Shown piece by piece: positions 1 through 12,637 of a DNA stretch of 64,000 nt (position 1 is the first letter of the stretch; every line of letters begins with the position of its first letter). Origin of the DNA: Ginglymostoma cirratum (taxonomy: Eukaryota). Below the pieces are notes generated by a model. The model saw only the letters and a list, made by a program, of their open reading frames with translations. It did not search any database and was not told the origin of the DNA. The stretch covers positions 33,398,344 to 33,462,343 of the forward strand of contig JAHRHZ010000004.1 of the NCBI GenBank assembly GCA_024137785.1, in the 5' to 3' direction. The position numbers and the translations under genes are program-made.

Positions 1-1537
1 ACCCTATGAAGTGCACATGCCCTTTTCATGATACCCATAATGGCAGCAATGCTCAGAGATGGTTTCACTGAGAGTTCAGAGATCTCTGGGTCACATAGTA
101 TGTTCTGTATGGATGATGTATTTGGTCTCTGAAGACGTACTCTAGGCATTAAAATAGATTATTTTTAATAAAGTGCCATAGTGCTTCCATATCTGAAGTA
201 TAATATAAAGCAGGAGAATGGTGTGAATTAAGAATTTGGATCTTTCTGTACAGTGATTTGAAATTTGTCCACACTTTACAACATTTGATGTTGGTGGGCT
301 CATGAAACTTTGATCTCATTTTGATTTGATTGGGAGATGAAATCAATGATGAGAAAAGAATTGAGATCTAATTCATACCGTCAATCTGCTATCAGTGGTT
401 GTATTCAATCGCACAAAGCCAAAATACCCCTGTGCAGCTGATTTGGTACTTAACCATTGCCACATCAGTGTGTGGGTTTGCAAGAGTGATTCACGATATC
501 ATTGAGGCAATAAGGAGTTTGTGAATTGCTCAATGCGGAGGAGACTTCCCACCATATTTCAGCTAATGAATAGCTCTGATTTGACATGCTATCCTCGATG
601 AAACTTGCTTTGGATGGAGTGCTGTCTTGAGTTATGAATGCTACAGAGAAGATTATCATCTATTTTTCTGTTTCTAAATGGCCCCAAAACTGATGTCATT
701 AAAGTTGCTTTTGAAAAGAAGATACAAATGTTTTTTACAGATCTAAATCATTAAAGTGGTTTTGTAATTGATGAAGCAGGAATGTTATTTATACTGCGTT
801 TCTACTGAAGGTACCTGTCCCCTTTTGTATTGAGGGAAGTAATCACCAAACAGGGTTGGTAGGCCTTAAGAGCATTAATCAGAATGTTTAAAAGCTTGCA
901 GTCTGATAGTTCCTCAGATGTGATAGGGATCTCGGTCATGTAGGATGTTCTCGGTTGGTGATGTATTTGGTCTGGGAAGTAGGATGACCCTACTGTGGGC
1001 AGTAGAACTGATTATTTTTAATAAAGTGCCAAATAACTGCAGTAATTGTGATAATATTATACCATAGGAGACTGGTGTGAATTAAGAAGCTACCCCATTT
1101 TCAGACCTTTTATCAGGGCTGCGGTTCATTGAAGATCAATATCAATGTATCAGTTTTGAGAATTGATTAACTACTACGATTGATATTGATTTAAGCCACA
1201 TTAGATTTTCACTTTCAATCTGCCATCCTATAACGTGTCTTGTATTACAATATCGAATCTGCTGTTGGTCAGCATTAGGGTAAGGCATCAGTGGAAATTA
1301 GCATCCTGTTTCAAAACCCAGTTGAAATCTTGATACATTTTCCCTTGTCTTATACAGATAGTTTTGTGTTGAGGAAGAGTGCATTTGCAAATTGCCATTT
1401 GTTTGGGAATCCATGCTGTCCTATGTTGCGCGCATTGTCTGAATTGTCACAGATTTTTATTTTCTTTTGCATTTTGTGCTGTGACCCTGGATGTTAGCAG
1501 CTGAAATTTAACCTTCCTTTCTCTTATGTGACTACAG

Positions 1538-1665
1538 AAGTGCCAACACAACACCAAGGGCCTCCGGTGTGAGCGATGTGAGTCCGGTTTCTATGGCGAT
1601 GCCAGAGGTGGAACTCCAAATGACTGTAAGCCTTGTCCTTGTCCAGGAACCACTCCCTCAAATCG
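1538..1665 (+). CDS. HSPG2: Perlecan exon, domain III laminin-EGF ([42 protein letters not shown])
   Basis: cag| acceptor, |gtgag donor, phase 0/2; resembles human perlecan GCQHHTEGPRCEQCQPGYYGDAQRGTPQDCQLCPC (recalled). Confidence 0.95.
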
Positions 1666-1818
1666 GTGAGTTTCCTCTTTTTGTTTTGAAAACTAAAACT
1701 TACTTTGCTGCAATTTGCATTGTAAGAAGAATGCCATTTATTAAGAAAAACACTTGGTCCCTTTCCCTTTCAGAGATTTTATTAGAAGTCCACTATTGGT
1801 TAATGTAAATGAAGCTGT

Positions 1819-2126
1819 TCATAGAATTATAGAATCCCAAAAGGTCATTCGGCCCGTCAAACCCACACCAACCCTCTGAAGAGCATCCCACCAAGACCTA
1901 ACCCCTATCACAGCATTTCCCACCCTAGACACTGCGGGCAATTTAGCATAACCAATCCACCTCACCCGCACATCTTTGGACTGTGGGAGGAGACTGGAGC
2001 ATCCGGGGAAACCTAAATACATGGGGAGAACATTCAGACTCCACACAGTCGCCTGAGGCTGGAATTGAACTCGGGTCTGTGGTGCTTTGAGGCATCATTG
2101 CTAGCCACTGAGCCAACGTGTCACCC
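1819..2126 (-). mobile_element. HE1-like tRNA-derived SINE
   Basis: Minus strand has a tRNA A-box (TGGCTCAGTGG) and B-box (GTTCAATTCC), a CTCCCACAGTCCAAAGATGTG core and a short-repeat tail. Confidence 0.85.
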
Positions 2127-2549
2127 CAGTTTGCAAAAAATAAATGCTGCAATAATTCGATATTCAACCTTCGTAAGCAATTGTTAATCATTAACTATGC
2201 AATTTGGGAGAACAGCTTAAGAAGCTGCCTCTTCTTTGTGTCTTGGAATGATTTTTATGAATGTGGGGCACACTCCTGTTCTGGTATCATTACTCGTTAT
2301 TCTCCCATTGCTGGTAACCATTCTGTTCCTTCAAGCCAAGCTCCCCAAGAATGCATCAGTTGCTTTTTATTTCAGAAGATGAAATGATTTGTATTATGTT
2401 GAAGATGATCATTAATGCCAAACGTTCCGCTTTCTTCCACCCACAATGAAAAAGCAGCGTTCCACGCGAGTTTTTTGATTGGGTTGCATAGACTACATTG
2501 ACATGTCAGTTTAAAATTTGATTTTTAAGAAAAGATCACAGGGAGAGAA

Positions 2550-2950
2550 AGAAAAATTAGGTCTTCTCTGTAAAAACAAATGCCTAGCAGGCAACCTAAT
2601 CAAAGCCTTTAAGAAAATGAAAGGCCTTGACAAGGTAAGAATAGCAAAGATGCTTCCATATGTAGAGGCGTTGAAACCCAGTCTAAGAGGAAGAAATCCA
2701 GTCTAGAATTGAGGAGAAATGAGTTTAACTGTAGAGTGATTAGAATGTAGACTTCACGACTCAAACAAGGAATAGTTGAGGCGACAGACGTAGATACAGA
2801 GGGGATGCGAGGTAAGCACATGAGGGAGAAATGAGTAGAAGGAGATGCTGATGGTGTTTGATGAAGAGAAATGGGAGGCGTCTCAAATGAAGCACAAACA
2901 CTGACATTGACCAGTTAGACTGAAAGGTCTGTTTCTGTGGTGTGCTCTCT
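2550..2950 (+). mobile_element. Degenerate CR1-type LINE 3' fragment
   Basis: Residual GNLIKAFKKMKGLDKV, resembling the CR1 ORF2 C-terminus. Confidence 0.65.
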
Positions 2951-3078
2951 ATGGTGGAGCACCGGAGGCAGCATCTCTTATTGTACAACAAACTCTGCCA
3001 TGTATCCTGAGTAGGAAGGAATGTTGCTAGAACCATAAATATAATATTTTGCAGGAACCAGGCAGTGTTTTACAATGC

Positions 3079-3180
3079 TAGAGATAACAAGGTGTAGAGC
3101 TGGATGAACACAGCAGGCCAAGCAGCATCAGAGGAGCAGGAAAGCTGACATTTCGGGTCGAGACCCTTCTTCAGAAATGG
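3079..3180 (-). mobile_element. Penelope-like terminal fragment with hammerhead core
   Basis: Near-identical to the end of the 54338 element; flanked by direct repeat GTGTTTTACAATGC (3065-3078 and 3200-3213). Confidence 0.75.
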
Positions 3181-3574
3181 TTTTACCATGTTTTTAAAGG
3201 TGTTTTACAATGCGATTGTTTATTTTTTCCATCCAGTCCTTAAACAAAAAGCCTCACAGATGTATATGGTGACATAGTGCAGTTTTACTAACAGCAGTAT
3301 TTTTAGTAGGTGTGTTGAGTCCACCTGTGAATAACACCCAGTATGCTGCTTTCAATCCAAAACAAAAATTACTCCAACCTCAGTCATTGAGCTGCAATAT
3401 GTTTACCATAAACTGAATTGCAAGTTATTGTTAACTCATGATAAACCAATGATCTTGCTGCTGGGACAGACTAACAGTTAAATGAGTTGTGACAAATCTT
3501 AGTAAAAGAGCACAGAAGAAAAATAGTGGCATGTTTAAATTGTAGTTTTTCAACTGCGGTAGGGAGGTCCAAAA

Positions 3575-3852
3575 CTGGAAGGCATATGTTTAAGGTGAGA
3601 GCAGAAAGATTTAAAAGGGACCTGAGGAGCAACTTTTTCACACAGAGGGTGGTGCATATATGAAACAAGCTGCCAGAGGAAGTGGTAGAGGTGAGTACAA
3701 TTACAACATTTAAAAGATGTTTGGACAGGTACATGGATAGGACAGATTTAGAGGGATATGGGCCAAATGCAGGCAGGTGGGACTGGTTCACTTTAGGAAA
3801 CCTAGTCAGCATGGACGAGTTGGACTGAAGAGCCTGTTTCTGTGCAGTATGG
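3575..3852 (+). mobile_element. CR1/HER1-like LINE 3' end
   Basis: Typical shark CR1 3' sequence (AGGAGCAACTTTTTCACACAGAGGGTGG...GGACGAGTTGGACTGAAG); similar copies elsewhere in the window. Confidence 0.8.
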
Positions 3853-3974
3853 GTGTGTGATTTGTCACTTGTATCACCAAGCTTAAGTAGCTGGTGCAGA
3901 AATTACTTTCAAGAATCTAGAAAGGGTCGGTGGTTGGCTTATGTCTATTTTCAATGCTTTAATTGTTCACTCAG

Positions 3975-4061
3975 ATTCTCCTCGACTTGTTTCCTGGATG
4001 TAGATGGACAGGCAACTTGTGATCGTTGCCCTAGCGGTTATGAAGGCAGGAACTGCGAAAG
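3975..4061 (+). CDS. HSPG2: Perlecan exon, laminin-EGF (RFSSTCFLDVDGQATCDRCPSGYEGRNCER)
   Basis: tcag| ... |gtatag, phase 2/2; perlecan-type TCFLDxDG motif. Confidence 0.95.
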
Positions 4062-6749
4062 GTATAGTTCACCAAGACACTCCTGTGCCTTAGTTTATCA
4101 TGGCCATTTTTACTGTATGTTATTACTTCCTGTGTGGGTACTCCAATTAATTAACCCAAAGGCCCACTTACTTAATCCAGACAGAGTTGCTTCAGTGTGG
4201 TGTCATTTCCAAGAAACAACATCGATTCAGATATCCTGATCCCTTCATCGGACCATTTGTACCAAGATATGTTTCTATTTAATTCGTGTTGTTTACTAAA
4301 TGCCGCAAGTAAAATACCTAAACCTGAACTAACGTATATAATCCAGTTACTGTCCAGAGAAATCTCAAGCTCCGGTGAAAGAGTTTGATTTAACTGAGTC
4401 GATAGCAGCCTCCTTGCATTTTCACCAGCAATTCTCTGACTACAAGGAGCTAGCTGAATATGGGATTTAATTTGAAAAGCAAAGAGCTACTTTCGGATTT
4501 TCAATAGAAACCTGCTTTCTTTGTTATGAATATCAGCATCAAAATCATAAAATGGCTTTTCGAAGAGTCGATCAGTGTCAATTCAACACACTGTAAGACC
4601 TGGTTTGTCCAACTCCGATAGAGAAGGGATGGCGGTCTCTTTTGCCTGAATGTGCAGCCCAGTGAGCATGAGATTGGTTCATTTCATGGTGGGTACAGGT
4701 ACTCAAGATGAGTTCACAGTGAAGCCCCTTAGTGCAGTGTGTCACTGCTGCCACTGATAGCTTCCTGCAAAGAAAGCAAAGTAACATTGAAAATCTTTCC
4801 AAGGCAGCATTCCATTCTTTGTCAGGATAATGACACCACACACCTCTGTTGAAAGCAGATAACTCACATGTAGCTTCTCCCAAACTCTATACGCTAGACT
4901 GAGCATGCAGGAGAATAACTTAAAGAAGTTATCAACTGTCGTGAAATGAGCTGAAAGCACAATGGTTTATTGTTTGCACAAAATTACAGTCATACAAAAT
5001 ATCCTTAATATAGCCGTTTAAAATTGCCTGTGTTCTTCAGTTGTCACTGCTCTTGGATTATTCTGAGTGTCGTTGACATGAAGCATATGATCACTGACTG
5101 GTAATGTAGCGCAGTATATCAAAACCAATTTTTTACAGAAATAAACCCCCACCAAGACAGGATCTTCTGCATGCTATATGTCTGGAGTCTAGGGAGAAGC
5201 CAAGGTTTAAATCGTAAACATTATTGGACTGATCACTCAATAACTACCTCACTGTTTGAGGCAGAAGCTGCAAGGTAGAATGGCTGGCTGTTGAGCTGAC
5301 TTTAACGGCCATTAGGATATTCCCTGTTGTTGTCCATTTTCACCATTGGACATATTTTGGGTTCATTGCCAAATCTGTTTGGTTTTTAGAAGGAAAACGG
5401 AATTCCTTTGGGCCACTATGGAAGCCAGAGTCTGATCATTAACAGATTCTTTGTCAGCCACTGAAGGCTGCCACTTTTTGACCAACAGACTTTCAGCTTC
5501 TGTAATAGGGGCTAATAGTAACAAGATATGTTGAGCCTTACTTACTGTGGAAAAGCCTTAGAGCTTTGCATGACTCAGTTGGAAGTTGGTGCTTTCTGTT
5601 ATGGGGTTCCTATGTAGTTGCAGGTTGATGATCTTAAGGTGCTTCTTGGTGGCTTGATCTCTCTATGTCTGTACTGACGGCTGACTGTAGCGATGGTGAC
5701 TGCTGTACATTTTTGTCTGTTATGGTCCTTTCACAATGTCAAACATTGATTCATGGGAAGTAAGATATGTATCTGCTACTTGGTTTGACACTATTTCAAG
5801 AGTATAGCTTTTATTCTTCAGGCTGGGTATGAATTAAATTTAATTGTAAGCAAGAAATTTGTCAACTAATGTGAGTTGTTGACTTGTACTGAAGTATCTG
5901 ATCATTGGTAGGATAATGCAATAAAACAAAGCTTTAATGGCCTTCCAAATGATGGTTCATCATCTACTGAGTTGAAAGCAACAGTTGAGTGTCTGATGAG
6001 ATTTGTCTTTATGGTTGAATATATCCCTCCCACGCTGTCTCTTGCAATGCCACAGTCTGCCCCAGTCCCGCAATCCAGTTAGTCTGCATCTGTCTCCATA
6101 ACAGTAGGTGCTAATTATGAGAGTTTGAAATGAGAGTTTGGAAGAATTCCACTTACCTGTTTAATCACTCATTTTTGGTAAGATGTTTTGCTGGGATGTC
6201 AAAGATTTTGATGTCTGATTATCCCCATGTTGCAGCTGACCAGATTGACTTGGGGCCACCCTCAGCTGTTGCCTTCCACTGTGGAACTTCCATGTTTACC
6301 ACAGCAATTCACATGACAATTAAGAGCAACTCAATTTACTGATGTGTTTTATAAACATATTTATATTCTGGGACTGTATGTTTGTTGGATCGGAAGTATT
6401 TTTCCTCAAGTTCATGCTCAGCCCAAAGTGGCGAGTGGAATTTCCCCAGCTCTGCCAAAAGGAATCCTTTATCAAGTAGTTTGGTACAGTGTCAGTTAGC
6501 TTGCACATAGGGAGGGACCTGTTTTTAAAAAAAAAAAGGGGGTGTGGAACTGGTAGTCTCACTGAGAACAACCAGAAGATAACTGAAGAAGGAAGTAGAG
6601 CATTTGCGTTGGCTGTAGAGATTCTGAAGTTGGAGTTGAGTTGCCAAATAGATATGCAACAATTTGGAGATGATCGTCATTCATCCTAATGTTATGGCAT
6701 ATTCACTTCCTCAAATTAGATTCCTCAACTTAATAAGAACTTCTAGATT

Positions 6750-7260
6750 TAGAATCATAGAATCATATGGTACACAAATGGACCATTCAGCCCATCATGA
6801 AAGAGCCATCTGCTTGATTCCATTCCTCTGTAATAGGTCTGCAATTCTTTTCCCTTTCAAGTATTTTTCTATTTTGAGTTATGATTGAATTCTACTTCCA
6901 CCACTCTTTCAGACAATGTATTCCAGGTCATAATATTGACAGTGTTAAAGAAAAACATTTCTTCATCTTCTTCCTCTGGTTCTTTTTAATACTTCTGTTG
7001 TGTCTATCTGGTTACCAGTCCTCCTGCCAATGTAAGAAGTTTCTCTTTATTTACTCTATCGAATCCTTTGTGAATTTCAACACCTCTACCTTCTTTTAGG
7101 AGAACAACATAAGTTGATATTGTTTATTCACATAATTGCTATTCCAGTAAATCTCCTCCTTTCACCCCCTCTAAGATCTTTGCATTCATCCTACAGTATG
7201 GTGCTCAGATTTAGATGCAGTAATGTAATTGGGGATTACTTTTACAGAGGTTTTGTGTGC
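6750..7260 (-). mobile_element. Degenerate CR1-type LINE 3' fragment
   Basis: agaatcatagaatc tail and CR1-like body on the minus strand. Confidence 0.55.
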
Positions 7261-8266
7261 CTGTTCTAATTTTCTACTGCACTGTAGAATTGTTCTTTGC
7301 AGCTATGCAATTTTGTAGGTGCAGAAATGACTTTTGATCTGCTGAGCTTAAAAGCTTCAATACCCTGGAATTCTCTCAATTTAATTGTCCTCTGTAAACA
7401 GGTGGTGCTGAGTTGTTACTGTGTAACTGGACGTGTTTGCAGGATTAACTAATGAAGGATTTTCGTCTTCCAGCTTTGACTTGGTAGATGTCAACCTGAG
7501 GAGTTGGGCACGGCCTCGGGTTAATGCCTCACCTGATTGATGGCATATCTGATCCTGCGGAACTCCCGCAATACTGCACTAAAATTGTCAGCCATGATTA
7601 AGTGCTCAAGACTGCAGAGTTAGACTTGAACCCCTGAATTACTGCTTGCAGGACAGAGTGCCCCCCCCCCCCCCCCCGCCGAGTTATGCTTATTGTGCTT
7701 ATTCTATGCATATAGCTGTGGCACCTCACTAGGCAAAGTGGAGACATCTGTGAGCAAAAGAAAGTAACATTGTCGCTATTGAAATCAACCCTACATCTCA
7801 ATGTGGAAACAGAGTTTGAGAATTCGATAGAACAAGTTGTTTTTAAAAAGGTGTAGGAAAGATTTGAGGGAAGTTTCCTCAAAAAATCAAAAATGACAAA
7901 CCTGAAATGAACTTGAATTTTTTGCTTGGGTAATCATTTTCCTGCAGATGTTTAACCTTCACGTCATTGTCTCCAGGCTGTCCTGTTCGGCTGGCCTGCT
8001 GCATAGCTAAGTGGAAAGATCCCACAGTGGCTCCATTTCAGTTACTCAATTACAGAATAATTATCCTGTTGGGCCACTTTGAAATTGTGCCCCTGCAACC
8101 CCAAATCGTCCAGTCCTCAAGTCAACCTACTGCAGGACACCCTTCCTATAATATGTGTCAGTGGAGTGGCTCAGCAAGAATTGAGCTCCTACTGTAGGTT
8201 CCGACTTATTCTGATATATCTGCTGACACGAGGTACATAGGGTTCCTTTGTCTTACCATCTGGAAA

Positions 8267-8566
8267 TCATAGAATCCCTACAGTGTGGAAACAGGCCCTT
8301 CGGCCCAACAAGTCCACACCGACCCATCCCCCTGTTATCCACCTAATCTGGACATCCCTGAGCACTATGGGCAATTTAGCAAGGCCAATCCACATAGCCC
8401 ACACATCTTTGGACTGTGGGAAGAAACCGGAGTACCCCGGAGGAAACCCGCGCAGACACAGGCAGAATATGCAAGCTCCACACAGACAGTCGCCCGAGAG
8501 TGGATTTGAACCTGGGTCGCTGGTGCTGTGAGGTAGCAGTGCTAACCACTGAGCCACCATGCCCCC
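8267..8566 (-). mobile_element. HE1-like tRNA-derived SINE
   Basis: Same family as 1819-2126; A/B boxes and GGGATTCTATGA tail. Confidence 0.85.
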
Positions 8567-8814
8567 TTCTGTTGGCATCTTCCCATTTTTCCACAATAAT
8601 TGGCACACTTCATTGGGTAATGGAAGAAGTTTCATTTTTCTTCATACCAAGTTTCATTTTTCAAAAAAATGATTTCATCGTTTCATTTGCTGATCTGAGT
8701 GAAGTGTTCCCACAAATTGCTGTAAAAGTCATTTGTGAAATTCAGGAATTTCTTTTCTGATACGCACAAGTCCAGGGGTGAAAAATTTCAGTTACAAATA
8801 AGGATTGGAGAAGT

Positions 8815-9195
8815 TCAAAGGAAAAAGGCTAAGAGGAGATCTAACAGAACTCTTCAAAAGCACAGGGGGGCTGGATAGAATAGACATGAGAAACTGTTGT
8901 CTCTCATAAAAGAATCAAAAGTGAGAGGATTCAGATAGAATAATTTTCAAAAGTAGCAGAGGTAAAGCATTTTCGTGCAACGAGTAGTTAGAGTCTGGAA
9001 CACTGTGGAAATGGGGTAGAATCAGGTTCAGCTGACATTAAAGTGGGCACTAGATAATTATTTAATTAGAAATAATATACAGTGTGTTGTGGGGGGGGGA
9101 AGGTCAGGAGAATGGCACTGAGCTGTAATGCTTATTCAGAGAGTCAGTGCAGGCCAAACAGCCACCATCTGCTGTGTAACAGTTCTATGATTCTG
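8815..9195 (+). mobile_element. Degenerate CR1-type LINE 3' fragment
   Basis: AGGCTAAGAGGAGATCTAA (RLRGDL) through TTCTATGATTCT tail. Confidence 0.65.
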
Positions 9196-10707
9196 TGGGG
9201 TCAAATAATAAAAAGATGAATTCCATTGATTGTAACTCATCATTTGAATACTCTAGCTCTCCCATTATTGCATCCAGCTGTGTAATGTATGTTTCTGATT
9301 TGGTTTTACTGCTGTGCCTGGGGTGTTTGCTCAGAGGTTTTTACACTGTGTGAAATGAAAATGTACTTTGCAGCTGTCCTGCACCGAGGAGATAATTTGA
9401 ACCACTGAACAGAACTCGACTTGTTTGCACTATTAACCCTTGGAGCAGACTCATTTTGTTCTTGATCCTTTGTTGTCGGTTTAATCCTTGCCACAGCTGG
9501 CATCTCCAATTTGTTGATTTAGGTGAAGCTAAATCATCTAGAAAATGGGCTGTGTCTTGAAGACCTCACTTATTATGCAGCAGGTAACGGGAAAATGTTC
9601 AGGCAGTTTCCATTAGACCATGTAAACTGATCATATCCATTGAATTGCTTAAGCTCACTGCATATTATTCACTTTGAAGTAATTTCCATTCAAATTGGAT
9701 GGCCAGCTCCACTGTCGGTGGCATAGTGGTAATATCATTGAACTGGTAATCCTGTGGCCCAGGCTAATGCTGGGGAACAAGTTCACATCCCCTCATGGCA
9801 GTGGGTGGAATTCAAATTCAGTTAAATAAACCTGGAATTGGAAACTAAACATAATTTTATCATTGCTTATCACAAAAACTAGGGGTCTCTACATGTTCCT
9901 TAATGGAGGAAAATCTGCCGTCCCTACCAGGTTTTCTTTGCACATGACTCAGCAATGGAGCTGTCATTTACTGCCATCCAAAATGGCCCAGCAAGTCACT
10001 CAGTTCAATGTTGAATGTTGGGAAACCTTGAGGCCCCCGTTCTGTCAATGTTAGGATGGTACTTCCTTTTCATTCCGGGTCATGAGTGCATAATTTGTGC
10101 TGCTTGACCTGGTTTGCCACCTTTTAAGTGTTGCACTTCCTGACAAAGAGCTCAGTTTGCTTTCCAGCTTACGACATCTACAGTAAAGTTCAGGGTGAGA
10201 ATTTGCTTCTGGACTGGGAGTTGTTTTCCTTTTTGAGGATTGTACTGAGATGAGGTGCAGGTGAATACAGACTTTGGTGCAAGGATAATAATTGACCTTC
10301 ATGTACAGACTAGACTTGGGACCTTTGCTTTAATCACTGCCTAATCTAGCTCTTCTGCTACGCTTCTGCTGCTGACTAACCTGTGCACTAATGTGGGGGT
10401 ACCATGTTGGCTATTTGTTGGTCAGGGCTTGCAAACCTTGCAGTGTGTTGCATAAAGCCTTTCCACACTGATACACAAGTACTGAACATACATGAGAAAA
10501 TCTACTAGGCTGAAATAAGCCTATTGTTGTGAGCAATAGAGCCTTCAGCACACAGTCTTTGTGCTTCAGTAAAATAGTCCAAAACAAAAAGTCTAAAGTG
10601 AAACCAATCTAAACTAACCAACTAGCTGTCAATCTGAGGCCAAATGATCGTATTCAATGTAAATATTTCTTTAAAGAAGGAAAAGGTGTTTTTGTTTGCT
10701 GACCAAG

Positions 10708-12637
10708 ACCTTTTAATCCTTTAAGAAGAAATCTAACAGAATTCTGCAAAGTTGGGATTCAGACGGTAAAGCTGGAGTCCCAGATGCTGATTCCAATTGA
10801 ATGTGAGAAGAATGGCTTCAGAAATTTCACTGGCAATGTTACAGAACCTGGTCCGAGCAGAAAACACATGGCCAGTAACACTACTGCTTTAGCAGAAACA
10901 TCAGGCAATGCTTCCAGCCCAGCTGCAGTTACTGTGCCAACAATTCTGCCAGCCAAGACCACCACAAAACGGAGGATATATAATCTCAGGCACCTGATGA
11001 AAACATCTCTGATTGGCTTCAACAGAAGGCTAACCATGTTAGAGGACACAGGTTTGGACCTTAAAGATGGCTTGAAACATTTACAGAAAAGGCAAGACAA
11101 CTTAAGCTTGCAGTTGAAGAACCTCACCCGTATGTTGTCAGCCCCTCCTAAAGACAAACTGATCTCCGACTTGCAATGGAAGTATACAGATGTCGATAAC
11201 AAGTTGACGGCTTTGCAAGTAAGGCTGGAAATTCTTATTGATGGTTTTGCAGCATTGGCTGAGGAGATCTCCGAGCTAAAGAAAAGGAGGATTTCGCTCA
11301 CCAACAGTGATCAAGCAGATCTCACTGTAGTCACCACTAGTTCTCCTGCAAAGCCATTGACAAAACACACCAGAACTAACTTAAAAGTGAAGCTAACATC
11401 TGACGGAAACCACAACAAAACCTCAAGTTTTGTTTCCAAAAGACCTTCGGTTAAAAAACCCAGTCTCCCCACACCAAGCAGAATGAAGAGCAAAATGTCT
11501 CGCTTTCACAGAAAAGCAGCTACCACCGTCGTCTCTGCGACAACTGTACAAAGACATGTCAGATCCACAGCTGCTCCTCTGCAATCTACAAGCAAAGTCC
11601 AGGTGAAGAAGAAAGTTAAAGTGTCTATTAAAAATAATGGGCATAAAAACTCAGCTGTGTTTGGTAAAGGCCAAGCTGTTGTTAAACAGATCCCCACAAC
11701 AGCGATATCTGCAGTAACAATTACGCCTGCAGTAACCCTTGAACTAGTCTCATCTACCACACTGTATTCCAACATAACTGTGGTCACCATAGAGCCCAAG
11801 ACATTGACAACCCAGCCCATTCCCACAGCTGTGGTAGAGAAACCCACAAAATCACACTTACCAGCATTGAGGACAAAAGTAAAACCTAGTTACATAGACA
11901 TGGTAAATAATGCAACGATCCCAGTTAGGATTAAGGGTAAAATAAACTCCGGTAATAAAACCGTTACAAAGTCTAAAAGTAAAACCAAACCTGGTAAAAA
12001 TGGAACTGGGCACTCTGAGCATAAATCGAAACCTGGTACAAAAACATCAACACAGTCTCAAGTTAAAGCAAAACATGGTAGAGAAGGAACAACAAAACTC
12101 CTTACTACAACCGTAAAACCCTCAGTGACAGCAACACGGAATAGAGTTAGATCTCAAAAGCATAAAATCAAAAGCCCGTCGTCAGCAGATAGTACTAATA
12201 CATCCATCCACTGGACAGAAAAGACATTGATTAAATCAGGGGCTGCTGCGTTGTCTGCAGTGACAGCACAGCCTAAACCTGTGGGCAAAGTGAGAGAACG
12301 GCCAAAATTGGTGTTTGCCAGGAAGATTCCTGAAAAGGCAGAGACCCTGTTGACACTTAGCACGCCACTCCCAGCAACTGCGTCCGCCCAGAAAAGATCT
12401 GAAAGTCGAGCAATGAGTGGACCACAGACTCAAAACTGTGATGACAATAACCGTCCCAGAAAGAAACTAGCAGAGGGTAGAAGGAGAAAGACAAAGAAGG
12501 CAACTGCTCTAGACATCCTGCGAGTACTGCGAGGAGAGCAACGACACTCTTCCAACTCACATCGCAAAAACAAGGACCTGCCACTCTATATTACTCTGGG
12601 TCGCCTAGCCATACCAATAAAAATTATCCCAGATTGA
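10708..12637 (+). CDS. Candidate alternative last exon of HSPG2 (about 642 aa: coiled coil, basic mucin-like stalk, hydrophobic C-terminus); alternatively a nested gene exon
   Basis: 1.9-kb stop-free frame (open from 10703; 617-aa ORF from ATG 10784); pyrimidine tract tgtttttgtttgctgacc-aag| gives a phase-2 acceptor matching the 4061 donor; not transposon-like. Confidence 0.75.

Noticed and set aside
10759-12584. Several minus-strand ORFs (60-181 aa) overlapping the long + ORF
   Set aside because: Antisense shadows of the + strand coding frame; fragmented, with no coherent protein features.
10784-12637. Long ORF as a transposon ORF1/gag or viral gene
   Set aside because: No zinc knuckle, RRM, esterase, RT or integrase motifs; no adjacent ORF2, TSD or LTR; single copy in the window; in-phase acceptor and sequons favour a host exon.
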